NCBI GenBank assembly: GCA_947478175.1
Contig: CANJUQ010000009.1
Coordinates: forward strand, 169-64,168
Reading direction: 5' to 3'
Origin: Thiotrichales bacterium
Lineage (GTDB): Bacteria > Pseudomonadota > Gammaproteobacteria > Francisellales > CACEW01
DNA length: 64,000 nt
Position numbers and translations under genes: made by a program. Shown here piece by piece: positions 35,904-45,130 of this stretch; within the stretch, counting starts at the first letter, position 1, and every line of letters begins with the position of its first letter. The notes beneath the pieces are model-generated. The model was not told the DNA's origin and searched no databases. It saw nothing but the letters and a program-made list of their open reading frames with translations.

Positions 35904-37946
35904 TTACGCAGCTCCGTTATTTAAATTTAATTTATTTTGATTGTTTTTTTTAGCTATTTTGGCTTCCGTCTCAGCGACTTCTTTCGCGGTGACATAATAA
36001 TCTGTATGGAAATCAAAAGTTCTAATCAAGATACAGGCTAAAACTAGAAAGGCAGTCACAATAGCTGGAAGTACCATGTCCCAAGCCATCGCAAACCCAA
36101 AGCCTGCCGCGAAGATGCCAATCAAAAAACCAATAGAAGTATTCTTGGGCATGTGAATATCTTCATAGACAGGTTTTTTTGAGAGTGCTGCTGCACGAGC
36201 CGGGTTATTTTTCTGATCCCAGAAATCATCGCGAGTTTCTACAGAAGGCTCAATCGCAAAATTATAAAAAGGAGGAGGAGAAGGAATGGACCATTCGAGG
36301 GTTCTGGCATCCCATGGGTCATTGCCAACTTTATATTTTTCCCGGTTTTTAATACTGACCAATAATTGGGCAATCTGAAAGAGAACACCTGCAAAGATAA
36401 TAAACGCACCAATACAAGCTAGGACTAAGTAAGGGTGATACCCCGAGGCAACTGAATAATGGTTTATACGACGTGGCATACCCATGAAACCTAACCAGTA
36501 CAGAGGTGCAAAGGCGACCCAGAAGCCAATAAACCAGCACCAGAAAGCCCATTTGCCTAAGTGCTCATTGAGCTTGAATCCAAATATTTTGGGGAACCAG
36601 TAGGAGTATCCCGCAAAGAGTCCGAAGACCACGCCGCCAATAATCGTGTTATGGAAATGTGCAATCACAAAGACACTGTTGTGAACCATAAAATCAACCC
36701 CGGGGACTGACATTAAGACACCGGTCATGCCACCAATGGTGAAAGTAATTAAGAAGGCAATCGTCCATAACATAGGCGTTGCAAGCGTAATTTTTCCGCG
36801 ATACATGGTGGCCAACCAGTTGAAAATTTTGACGCCGGTTGGAATCGAAATAATCATCGTCGCGATCCCAAAGACGGCGTTGACATTGGCGCCAGCACCC
36901 ATCGTAAAAAAGTGATGTAGCCAAACAGTGAACGCTAAGACAGTAATGGCAATCGTTGCCCAGACCATGGCGGCATAACCAAAAATAGTTTTCTTAGAGA
37001 AAGCAGAAACAACTTCTGAATAAATACCGAAAGCGGGTAGGACCAAAATATAAACTTCAGGATGTCCCCAGGTCCAAAATAGATTGATATACATCATGGG
37101 GTTCCCGCCCATCGTGGCGGTGAAAAAATGGGTCCCGAAAAAGCGATCAAAGAATAATAAAAAGAAAGTCATGTTTAGAACAGGGAAGGAAACAATGATT
37201 AACGCCATGCTACAAAGAACCGACCAGGTGAAGAGGGGCAATTTCATCATGGTCATACCAGGGCAGCGCATTTTGATAATGGTGACAAAAATATTAATAC
37301 CGCCAATCAAAGTCCCAAAACCAGAGAGCGTTAAGCTCCATAAGTAATAATCCATTCCAACCGTAGGGCTATAGTTTAATTCTGAGAGTGGGGTGTAAGC
37401 CGTCCAGCCTGCCGCTGCGAAATCACCAACGACGAGAGAAAGTAAAACAATCCCAGCGCCGCCTGCGGTTAGCCAAAAACTTAAAGAATTTAAGTAAGGA
37501 TAAGCAACATCACGAGCGCCAATTTGTTGGGGGACAATAATATTCACCAAACCAAAAATGAGAGACGTGGCCATGAAGAAAATCATGATGACGCCATGTG
37601 CAGTAAAGACTTGGTCATAATGTTCAGGAGGTAAATAACCCATGTGAGGCCCAACGGCGATGGCTTGTTGAGTTCTCATCATGATGGCATCTGAAAATCC
37701 TCGTAAGAGCATGATAAAAGCGAGGACTAAATACATGATTCCGATTTTTTTGTGGTCGACGGAAAATAACCATTCTTTAAAAAACCAAACCCAACGACGG
37801 GTAATGGTCAATGTGGCTAAAACAATCAATGTAACAAGCCCCATAAAAATGCTGGCACCCATGACGATTGGGTTGTGAATGGGAACGGCATCAGGAGTTA
37901 AATTTCCGAATAGTAAATGCTGAAGATGTTGAATATTTTCAATCAT
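35904..37946 (-). CDS. cyoB: cytochrome bo3 ubiquinol oxidase subunit I
   Basis: 680 aa. Heme-copper oxidase subunit I motifs WFFGHPEVYIL-like (WTWGHPEVYILVLP) and HHFFTMG. Confidence 0.95.
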   Translation of the reverse strand: MIENIQHLQHLLFGNLTPDAVPIHNPIVMGASIFMGLVTLIVLATLTITRRWVWFFKEWLFSVDHKKIGIMYLVLAFIMLLRGFSDAIMMRTQQAIAVGPHMGYLPPEHYDQVFTAHGVIMIFFMATSLIFGLVNIIVPQQIGARDVAYPYLNSLSFWLTAGGAGIVLLSLVVGDFAAAGWTAYTPLSELNYSPTVGMDYYLWSLTLSGFGTLIGGINIFVTIIKMRCPGMTMMKLPLFTWSVLCSMALIIVSFPVLNMTFFLLFFDRFFGTHFFTATMGGNPMMYINLFWTWGHPEVYILVLPAFGIYSEVVSAFSKKTIFGYAAMVWATIAITVLAFTVWLHHFFTMGAGANVNAVFGIATMIISIPTGVKIFNWLATMYRGKITLATPMLWTIAFLITFTIGGMTGVLMSVPGVDFMVHNSVFVIAHFHNTIIGGVVFGLFAGYSYWFPKIFGFKLNEHLGKWAFWCWFIGFWVAFAPLYWLGFMGMPRRINHYSVASGYHPYLVLACIGAFIIFAGVLFQIAQLLVSIKNREKYKVGNDPWDARTLEWSIPSPPPFYNFAIEPSVETRDDFWDQKNNPARAAALSKKPVYEDIHMPKNTSIGFLIGIFAAGFGFAMAWDMVLPAIVTAFLVLACILIRTFDFHTDYYVTAKEVAETEAKIAKKNNQNKLNLNNGAA

Positions 37947-37948
37947 GT

Positions 37949-38908
37949 TTATTTTCCGCTGCTGAGAGTTTTAGGAGGGCAGGAGGCTGGCATAGAAGCA
38001 ATCTCCGCCATCTTGGTTTTTTGAATTTGAGTCATGGTCGCAGGCATTTTCATGTCGGGCCCAGTGTATTTTTCGATGATTTCATCAAAGAGGTTTTGGT
38101 CACTCAATTTGAAATAGTAAACATCTGTATCTGACGAATCAGGGACGAGGGCTTGATAGCTATTCCAAGTCAGAAGGTTTTTAGATTTCTGAGAAGTGGC
38201 AATCCAGTGAGCAAAATCAACGTTGTTAACGACGCGAGCGATAAAACTCATGTTTGAGAATCCATCTCCACTGAAGCTGATAGACCGACCGGTGTAGTCA
38301 CCCGTTTGACTAGCCAGAAGATGCAGCTGAGTTCTCATGCCAGACATCGCATAAATTTGACCTGCGAGTTGTTGTATAACAAACGAGTTCATGGGGGCAT
38401 CAGAAGAGACATAGAACTGAATAGGGGTGTTCACTGGAAATTCAACAAAATTGATAGTGGCAATGTGCTGTTCTGGGTAAATAAATAACCATCTCCAGTT
38501 TAAAGATACCGCTTCAATAGTGATGGGTTGATCTGTCGCAATAATGGGTTTGATAGGTTTGTAGGGGTCTAGATCGTGCGTGGTTTTCCAAGTGATGGTC
38601 GCCAAAATCGCAATGATAATAATGGGAAGCCCCCACCATAGGAGCTCTAGTTTTGTACTGTGAGTAAAGTTTGGATCGTACTTGGCTTTTTTATTTGAAG
38701 CACGATAGCGATAAGTAATTAAAAGCGTACAAATCAGTACGGGCACAACAATGATGAGCATTAGTATGAGCGTAATGATTAGCAAATCTTTTTCGTCTCT
38801 TGCGACAAACCCTTTGGGATTTAACAAAACAAGTTGCTTGCAACCAGAAAGCAAAGAAGCAGCCCCGAAGGCTAATAAAGCTAAAATACGATTCCGAAGT
38901 TTTCCCAC
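37949..38908 (-). CDS. cyoA: cytochrome bo3 ubiquinol oxidase subunit II (lipoprotein)
   Basis: Lipobox LLSGC, two TM helices and a cupredoxin-like periplasmic domain. Confidence 0.9.
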   Translation of the reverse strand: MGKLRNRILALLAFGAASLLSGCKQLVLLNPKGFVARDEKDLLIITLILMLIIVVPVLICTLLITYRYRASNKKAKYDPNFTHSTKLELLWWGLPIIIIAILATITWKTTHDLDPYKPIKPIIATDQPITIEAVSLNWRWLFIYPEQHIATINFVEFPVNTPIQFYVSSDAPMNSFVIQQLAGQIYAMSGMRTQLHLLASQTGDYTGRSISFSGDGFSNMSFIARVVNNVDFAHWIATSQKSKNLLTWNSYQALVPDSSDTDVYYFKLSDQNLFDEIIEKYTGPDMKMPATMTQIQKTKMAEIASMPASCPPKTLSSGK

Positions 38909-39039
38909 GTTTCAAACTTCCCTATGTTAATTAAATATTGAATTAGGCAAGACTCGCCCAAAAAGGCGACGTAGGAAAACTCAAAAGCGTTATAAAATCA
39001 AGGGCGGTAAGTAAATTTTTAATACTGACCTATCTGTTT

Positions 39040-40533
39040 TCATGGATGCGGTGGAAAAAAATACGATTTCGGCGGCGGACTGACAGGACCTAAAACATAT
39101 CCATTTCTGGGAATGCCTCTTGGGGGTGCACCAAAACAAAGCGCCGGTTTTGATGAAGCAAACGCATGGGGCATGGCACTAGCGGTTGCTACTTGAGATA
39201 TCTCAGAAGTGAGGTATCGCTGATAACGTTTTAGGCAGGCGTTGGCACAATTCATGTCCTGCTGGTTGAAATAGATGATGTCGTCTTGCAGGGAGCGACC
39301 GAGATGGGGTGTGGTTAGTAATTTTGAAAGTTCATCTCTTTTAAGAATCTCATTCATTAATAAAAAATCTACTAGGAAAAAATATTGATTAAAGGTGGCG
39401 GTATTTTTTAACCAACAAGCGATTTGTCGGGGTGCCATTCCCAATCCGCAGTCAGAGAGTAAGCTTTCTTTGAGATGTTCAGGGGTTATCAATTTGAAAT
39501 CAAAACAAAAGGTAAGCAAATCCAAGAAATCATTGAAGCTTTGTATGCCTGCCCGAATAGAAGCACTGATTGGATTGATGGGTTGATCACCAGTTGCTAT
39601 TTGATTGAACCATAAAAAAAAGTTGTCTTGATGACCTTGATAAAACGGAAGGTTACGTGTGACGCATCTCTTAAAAAAATTCAGGTAAAGCGTTCTGCTT
39701 TCTTGAGAACATTTATCTGAAAAGGCTTTATGTAAGGAGGAAGACTTATGTGAATCAAGACAAGTCAAAGCTTTTAAAATATCAAAAGATTCCAGTCCAA
39801 AGTGTCTCTCAATAAAACTAAAATAGTTAGCTAGAGCGATCGGGAGAAGTGTTTGTAACGCTCTATCTATAAAGATGTGGCCATCATGTTTGAGTAAATC
39901 GCCTATTTCTGGTGTGGAAAAAGAGAAACCACGCACCATGGCCTGCTCAAAGAAGTGAATAAAAGAAAGGACGTCACCACTGCGCTCATAAAGTATTGCG
40001 TATGAAAAAACAGTATATCCAAGAGTATTTTTCGAAAATAAGAAATGTTTGATGGCTTCTGGACTTGCTATTAGAGCTTTTTCAAAGGCGCAATCAATAA
40101 GACTAGAGTAACCAGAGATGTCCAAAGAGCCCTCAATGACACGTAAAAAATGTTTTTCCATGAGAATAATTAAGGGCTCTATTGTTGCTGGTTTTGGGTA
40201 CCAAGAAGGCGCATTTGCTGTCATGGTCGCTATTTCGGGAGAAGGGGGTTTTCTTCTTTGCGTAGTTAAATCTATTGGGGGAGCTTCTTCTTCTTCAAAT
40301 AAGCCTCTTAAGGTATCAAAAGGCTCGCTGGCGTAATCGCTCGCTATTGAAGAAGGGGTGCCTGAAGAAGAAATAGCTGAATAAGAGGGGGTGTATGTTG
40401 TTGGGAGCCCTGCCAAAAAATTTAAAAAATCCACAGGCTCTGATGGGAGCGGAGAGGCTATAGGTGGTGATGTTATTCTGCTTCCGATAGGGCTTACAGT
40501 TGGTTTTTTTAAATCAGTAGGACTTCCAGACAT
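39040..40533 (-). CDS. orphan hypothetical protein, effector-like (Pro/Ser-rich termini, helical core)
   Basis: 497-aa ORF. The N-terminal ~100 aa are S/T/P-rich with an EEEE block. The C-terminus is Pro-rich (GPVSPPPKSYFFPPHP). No family recognised. Confidence 0.6.
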   Translation of the reverse strand: MSGSPTDLKKPTVSPIGSRITSPPIASPLPSEPVDFLNFLAGLPTTYTPSYSAISSSGTPSSIASDYASEPFDTLRGLFEEEEAPPIDLTTQRRKPPSPEIATMTANAPSWYPKPATIEPLIILMEKHFLRVIEGSLDISGYSSLIDCAFEKALIASPEAIKHFLFSKNTLGYTVFSYAILYERSGDVLSFIHFFEQAMVRGFSFSTPEIGDLLKHDGHIFIDRALQTLLPIALANYFSFIERHFGLESFDILKALTCLDSHKSSSLHKAFSDKCSQESRTLYLNFFKRCVTRNLPFYQGHQDNFFLWFNQIATGDQPINPISASIRAGIQSFNDFLDLLTFCFDFKLITPEHLKESLLSDCGLGMAPRQIACWLKNTATFNQYFFLVDFLLMNEILKRDELSKLLTTPHLGRSLQDDIIYFNQQDMNCANACLKRYQRYLTSEISQVATASAMPHAFASSKPALCFGAPPRGIPRNGYVLGPVSPPPKSYFFPPHP

Positions 40534-40800
40534 GACAATTGATCCCTTTTTTTATTTTATTAAATTTTTATAGATGGCTTAAGCCAGTGGTTGGGTGCTG
40601 AAAAGTAAACGCGAAATACTAGGAGTTTATTAACCTTCGGCAGAAATTTGAAATAATTTAGGGTGTTAAATTTAAATGGGTAAGTTTTTTTAGATCTTTT
40701 TTTAAATCAAAACATTCGCTGAAAAATGCATTGTATTTAACGGGCGGCTGTCATAAGATGCGCGCCGTTTTTAGGGGTAGTCCTAAAGGCTTCTTCCCAA

Positions 40801-40890
40801 GGAGAGATGTCCGAGCGGTTTAAGGAGCACGCCTGGAAAGCGTGTATACGGTCAAACGTATCGAGGGTTCGAATCCCTCTCTCTCCGCCA
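40801..40890 (+). tRNA. tRNA-Ser (anticodon GGA)
   Basis: Acceptor stem GGAGAGA/TCTCTCC, anticodon stem-loop CACGC-CTGGAAA-GCGTG, long variable arm, T arm GAGGG-TTCGAAT-CCCTC and an encoded CCA. Confidence 0.92.
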
Positions 40891-40909
40891 GATTTTGGCA
40901 ATTTTATTT

Positions 40910-41398
40910 TCATTTTATTTTTTTGATCAGTCTTGGGTCTATCTGGAGATTTTCTGGGGTGCTTATTTTGATTTTAGAAAAATCAGGATGGGCTGGGTTC
41001 AACAAGAAATTACTTTCAGCGGGCACAACAACGCTAGGTATTTCCAAAACACACGTTTTCCCTTCTTTAATCCAATAGCTCCCTATCTTTTGTAAAGTTT
41101 CCCGAGCGTTCATGTCACGCCATGTGCTAGGTAATTCCTTGATGGGGAGAGTGAGTATTGAAAAACTTTCGGGTAGTTTCGCAGAAATTAAAACGTAATC
41201 GGCATGGAGTGGTTGGTCTTGAACCAGCATTTCAAGTAAGGCGAGAGAACGATTTTCAGAAGTGTAGACAACCGATTCACCTTTTTGATTCCAACGCCCG
41301 CCAAATAAACGAGCCCCTTCTCCCGAAAAAGCAGTTTCTGAGAAACATCGTTTGATAATTCGCCAAATAGTTTTTGAAGTCTTTATATGAGTTTGCAT
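40910..41398 (-). CDS. RES-domain toxin (NAD+-targeting toxin family)
   Basis: 162 aa with GGRWN (Arg), LALLE (Glu) and [15 protein letters not shown] (Ser) motifs. It lies downstream of an Xre-type antitoxin gene. Confidence 0.85.
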   Translation of the reverse strand: MQTHIKTSKTIWRIIKRCFSETAFSGEGARLFGGRWNQKGESVVYTSENRSLALLEMLVQDQPLHADYVLISAKLPESFSILTLPIKELPSTWRDMNARETLQKIGSYWIKEGKTCVLEIPSVVVPAESNFLLNPAHPDFSKIKISTPENLQIDPRLIKKIK

Positions 41399-41429
41399 TG
41401 TTTGGTTTAAGTCCTGACAAAATATTTAG

Positions 41430-41909
41430 CTAACTAAATACGCCGTGTTCAATACGGCCGAGGATGTCCATGACAGACTGAGAGCCTAGGTCGGTATCTA
41501 GTAACGATAATGGGGTGGCGCCTTCAAGGCTGCCATTAGGAATTTTAAGCCAGTCTAAAGCCAGATCAATACTTTCAAAAACTTCAACAGAACGTTCAGT
41601 CACGCGGGCTAGGCGATGCAATTTTTCAGATTCTTCAGGGGTGAGCAGACCTTCTTTTTTGCGTCGAACGAGCGTTCTTATAGGGATGTTGAGTGTTTTA
41701 CAAAGTTCTAGCTGTGATATTTCTAAAACATTCATGACGGCATCAATGGCTGAAGCGGGTATGCCTTGTCGGACTAGGGTAATCCATTCTGAAGAGGAGC
41801 TGGGGTTTGAGTTTAGTATTTGTTTTCCACCCAAGATTCCTGACGCTGAAAGGCCTCTTTTTGTTTTAGATTTTGATTTTCTAGAAGAATGGGTTGGGAA
41901 TGCGGACAT
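41430..41909 (-). CDS. Xre-like antitoxin with DUF2384-type toxin-binding domain
   Basis: 159 aa with an HTH region (ISQLELCKTLNIPIRTLVRRKKEG). The C-terminal segment ALDWLKIPNGSLEGATPLSLL is typical of the MbcA/ParS family. Confidence 0.8.
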   Translation of the reverse strand: MSAFPTHSSRKSKSKTKRGLSASGILGGKQILNSNPSSSSEWITLVRQGIPASAIDAVMNVLEISQLELCKTLNIPIRTLVRRKKEGLLTPEESEKLHRLARVTERSVEVFESIDLALDWLKIPNGSLEGATPLSLLDTDLGSQSVMDILGRIEHGVFS

Positions 41910-42044
41910 TGATTGGAGCCTCCAAGAGTTTGGATTTGAATTTTATTTTAAGAGCCATTTGGCGATTATAATATGCAAATTTGGCGTTAATTGAAATCTT
42001 TTTTTAGATCTGACAAAAAATTATGCGCTGGCCGTAAATTCACA

Positions 42045-42072
42045 TTGTGTTCACAAATCAAATCCATATAAT
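42045..42072 (+). promoter_or_regulatory. putative sigma70 promoter of ffs
   Basis: TTGTGT (42045-42050), a 16-nt spacer, then TATAAT (42067-42072). The predicted start at about 42079-42081 coincides with the 5' end of the SRP RNA helix. Confidence 0.4.
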
Positions 42073-42079
42073 CCCTGCC

Positions 42080-42188
42080 CGCGATTGTCGGGTCCCCTCG
42101 CAATTGAGCGTTACAAACCCCGCCAGGTCCGGAAGGAAGCAACGGTAGTAATAGCTCGTGTGCCGAGGTGAGGCTCGATGGTCGCATT
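42080..42188 (+). ncRNA. ffs: signal recognition particle RNA (4.5S RNA)
   Basis: The conserved domain IV core CCAGGUCCGGAAGGAAGCA...GUGUGCCG closely matches E. coli 4.5S RNA. The 5' GCGAUUGUCGGGUCCCCUCG pairs with the 3' CGAGGUGAGGCUCGAUGGUCGC. It lies upstream of dnaX. The ends are approximate. Confidence 0.8.
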
Positions 42189-42214
42189 CTGATGGATGAG
42201 GTCTTAATAGTTTC

Positions 42215-43873
42215 ATGGCTTATCAAGTATTAGCTCGCCAATGGCGGCCACGTTTATTTGAACAGATGGTTGGCCAAGAGGCGGTCCTCAAAAGTCTTAT
42301 CCATTCTTTAGATCAAAACCGTTTACATCATGCGTATTTATTTACCGGGACTCGAGGGGTCGGAAAAACTTCTTTGGCCAGAATTATGGCCAAATGTCTT
42401 AACTGTGAGAAAGGCGTTTCGTCCAAACCCTGTGGGATTTGTTCGACTTGTTTAGAAATTGATCAGGGTCGATCCATAGATCTCATTGAAATTGACGCGG
42501 CGTCTAAAACTAAAGTCGAAGATACGCGAGAATTATTAGACAACGTTCAATATGCGCCGACGCAATCCAGATTTAAGATTTATCTCATAGACGAAGTCCA
42601 TATGCTGTCTTTACATAGTTTTAATGCCTTGCTTAAAACGCTTGAAGAACCGCCTTCTCACGTCAAATTTTTATTAGCAACGACGGATCCTAAAAAATTA
42701 CCCATTACTGTCCTCTCTCGCTGTCTCCAATTTTGTTTAAAAAATATTGACCCAGCGGTTATTACTTTGCATTTAGAAAAAATTCTTCAGCATGAAAAAA
42801 TTAGTTACCAGCTTGAGGCATTGAAATTAATTGCCCGTGCAGCGACGGGATCGATGCGAGATGCATTAAGTCTATTAGATCAAGCGATTTCTTATGGAGA
42901 AGGATCTGTCCAATTAGTGTTAACTCAGGCCATGTTAGGCATGGTCGATAGCCGGCTGATTATTAATTTGCTTCAGGCCATTGCGAGTCAAAATTCTGAA
43001 AAAACCCAAAACACGCTTTCTGAGATAACAGAGCTTTCGACAGATTTTTTAATGACGGCACATAGGCTGGCTGAATTATTATTTGAAATTTCACAGTCCC
43101 AGATTTTTCCTGGCGCTCCTGAGGGGCAGTTTTTAGCTCAATCTGTTCATGAATTAGCAAAGTTAATTCCGGCTGAATGGGTTCAGCTTTATTATCAAAT
43201 GGTTATTAAGGCCCAGGAAGATATCCCTTTGGCGCCGACGTTAAAATTAGGTTTTGAAATGCTGGTCTTGCGGCTATATGCCTTTGCACCAGGATCGTCT
43301 ATTGGTGGGTCTACTGGGTCTATCAGAAAAATGCAGGGTCCTGTTCAATTGATACAGCCCCTGTTAGAACCCATAAGACAAATAGTTCAAATAGAAAAAT
43401 CGCCAGAAAAAATATCGGAAAAAATTCCAGAACAAGCATTGGAACCCATTGCAGAACAAAATGGAATTTTAAATTGGCCCCAATTTGTTTCGAGATTAAA
43501 CATTCAGGGTATGTTGAAACAATTGGCTTCTCACTGCGCTTTGATTGAATTTTCTGGGAATCGTTTGGTGTTATCTGTCGTTAAGCAACATGCGAGTTTT
43601 GTGTCAGAAGCTTTGATTGAAAAATTAGAAAAAGCCGTGTCTGTCCCATTAGGTCGTCCTGTTTCTTTGGAGATTCGCAAAGGTGAATTAGCTTCAGAGG
43701 GTTTGATTACGCCTGCTCAAGTTCAGGTAGAGCAAAAAGAAATTCAGCAAAAATCAGCTGAGGATTCTTTAGAAGAAGACGCTGTGGCTCAGTACATTCA
43801 ATCAGAATTATTGGCCAAACTGACGGGTCATTCTATTGAGCCTATGGACTCTGAGCAGGATGAATTTAAGTAA
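42215..43873 (+). CDS. dnaX: DNA polymerase III subunit tau/gamma
   Basis: YQVLARQWRP, Walker A GTRGVGKTS, a Zn module CxxC..CxxC and the KIYLIDEVHML motif. Confidence 0.92.
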   Translation: MAYQVLARQWRPRLFEQMVGQEAVLKSLIHSLDQNRLHHAYLFTGTRGVGKTSLARIMAKCLNCEKGVSSKPCGICSTCLEIDQGRSIDLIEIDAASKTKVEDTRELLDNVQYAPTQSRFKIYLIDEVHMLSLHSFNALLKTLEEPPSHVKFLLATTDPKKLPITVLSRCLQFCLKNIDPAVITLHLEKILQHEKISYQLEALKLIARAATGSMRDALSLLDQAISYGEGSVQLVLTQAMLGMVDSRLIINLLQAIASQNSEKTQNTLSEITELSTDFLMTAHRLAELLFEISQSQIFPGAPEGQFLAQSVHELAKLIPAEWVQLYYQMVIKAQEDIPLAPTLKLGFEMLVLRLYAFAPGSSIGGSTGSIRKMQGPVQLIQPLLEPIRQIVQIEKSPEKISEKIPEQALEPIAEQNGILNWPQFVSRLNIQGMLKQLASHCALIEFSGNRLVLSVVKQHASFVSEALIEKLEKAVSVPLGRPVSLEIRKGELASEGLITPAQVQVEQKEIQQKSAEDSLEEDAVAQYIQSELLAKLTGHSIEPMDSEQDEFK

Positions 43874-43924
43874 TTAATTAACTCTAAAAATTTAAAAATT
43901 TAAAAACAGAAGGGAATAGTTCTC

Positions 43925-44230
43925 ATGAATTTTAATGATATCGCTCAGAAAGCTCAGCAAATGCAGGCGGATATGCAAAATATCGAAATAGAAGGGGAAT
44001 CAGGGGCGGGTTTGGTCAAAATTAAACTCAATGGCCGTTATGAATGTAACGGGGTTTCTATAGATCCATCGCTTTTGGTTAATACGTTAGAAGGGCAGGA
44101 GATTCTCGAAGATCTAGTCACTGCAGCGATTAACAATGCGACGAGTAAAATCGGTGAAGGCTTGAAAGAAAAAATGCAGGCGCTGACAGGCGGATTAAAA
44201 CTTCCCCCTGGTTTTAAAATGCCGTTTTAG
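43925..44230 (+). CDS. ybaB: nucleoid-associated protein YbaB/EbfC
   Basis: 101 aa with a YbaB-family sequence, positioned between dnaX and recR. Confidence 0.85.
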   Translation: MNFNDIAQKAQQMQADMQNIEIEGESGAGLVKIKLNGRYECNGVSIDPSLLVNTLEGQEILEDLVTAAINNATSKIGEGLKEKMQALTGGLKLPPGFKMPF

Positions 44231-44283
44231 ATTTAAAAAATAGAGATAAATAAAAAGATATTAAAGATATAAAGAGTGTCTTA

Positions 44284-44880
44284 ATGAGCAGTAGTCCGTT
44301 ATTAAATCAATTAATAGATTCTCTCCAGTGCATGCCTGGCATTGGCCCTAAATCAGCTCAGCGCATTGCGGTGACGTTGTTAGAAAAGCGCAGAGATCGG
44401 GCTGTGAATATGGCCAATCTTTTGGTCCAAGCGATGGAACAGATTAAACATTGTGATTTATGTCGAACTTTCACAGAACAATTTTTATGTCATATCTGTC
44501 AAAACACTCATCGGGATCCCAGTGTGTTATGTATCGTCGAAGCACCTATGGATGTTTTAGCAATAGAGTCTACTGGGGCTTATCAGGGTTTATATTTTGT
44601 TTTGCTGGGAAAAATATCGCCTTTAGATGGCGTAGGGCCTCAAGAATTAAAGCTCAGTGATTTAGATAGAAGATTAAAATCAGGCCAAGTGTCTGAAGTT
44701 ATCTTGGCACTGAACCCAACGGTTGAGGGCGAGGCAACATCGCATTATTTAACCCAAATGATTAAAGCAGCCGGTAAGCAAGTTACGCGAATTGCTTATG
44801 GAGTACCGTTTGGGGGTGAGCTGGAATTTGTGGATAGCCATACGCTTCAGCATGCGTTTGGGATGAGGCAGCGGGTTTAA
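44284..44880 (+). CDS. recR: recombination protein RecR
   Basis: HhH motif LPGIGPKSAQRIA, a C4 zinc finger (CDLC...CHIC) and a Toprim domain. Confidence 0.92.
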   Translation: MSSSPLLNQLIDSLQCMPGIGPKSAQRIAVTLLEKRRDRAVNMANLLVQAMEQIKHCDLCRTFTEQFLCHICQNTHRDPSVLCIVEAPMDVLAIESTGAYQGLYFVLLGKISPLDGVGPQELKLSDLDRRLKSGQVSEVILALNPTVEGEATSHYLTQMIKAAGKQVTRIAYGVPFGGELEFVDSHTLQHAFGMRQRV

Positions 44881-44964
44881 TTTGTAACAGATAGATATTG
44901 TTTTTTGACTCGTGTATTTTTCAAATAAATCATATTTATTTTTTGAATTTCGATGATTGAACTT

Positions 44965-45119
44965 GTAGGGGCGCAATTCATTGCGCCCTCTGATCTGATG
45001 AACACGCTTTCTGATCTGACAAACGCGCCCTCTGATCTAATAAATGCATCTCAAGATATGGGGATAAATAAGAGTGCAATAGATAATAAAGATGAGGGCG
45101 CAATGAATTACGCCCCTAC
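44965..45119. repeat. REP inverted doublet (REPIN-like) abutting the RAYT start
   Basis: GTAGGGGCGCAATTCATTGCGCCCTC (44965-44990) and GAGGGCGCAATGAATTACGCCCCTAC (45094-45119) lie in inverted orientation. The doublet ends 11 nt before ATG 45131. Confidence 0.8.
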
Positions 45120-45130
45120 GGTATAACATC

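Noticed and set aside
41515-41994. A 159-aa plus-strand ORF lies exactly antisense to the Xre antitoxin gene.
   Set aside because: The sequence is low-complexity, Ser/Arg-rich and without motifs. The minus-strand product has clear HTH and DUF2384-type features. This is a typical shadow ORF.
40891-42077. I considered a tRNA-Ser-linked integrative island carrying the RES-Xre module.
   Set aside because: No integrase gene is present, and I found no direct repeat of the tRNA 3' end (GAATCCCTCTCTCTCCGCCA) within the window.
41987-42226. A 79-aa minus-strand ORF lies upstream of dnaX.
   Set aside because: It overlaps the plus-strand 4.5S/SRP RNA gene, whose conserved core explains the sequence. 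The ORF is spurious.
42215-43873. I looked for a dnaX programmed -1 frameshift site (A AAA AAG plus a downstream hairpin).
   Set aside because: Several A5-A6 runs exist, but none matches the A-AAA-AAG heptamer in the correct frame with a following stem-loop. No claim is made.
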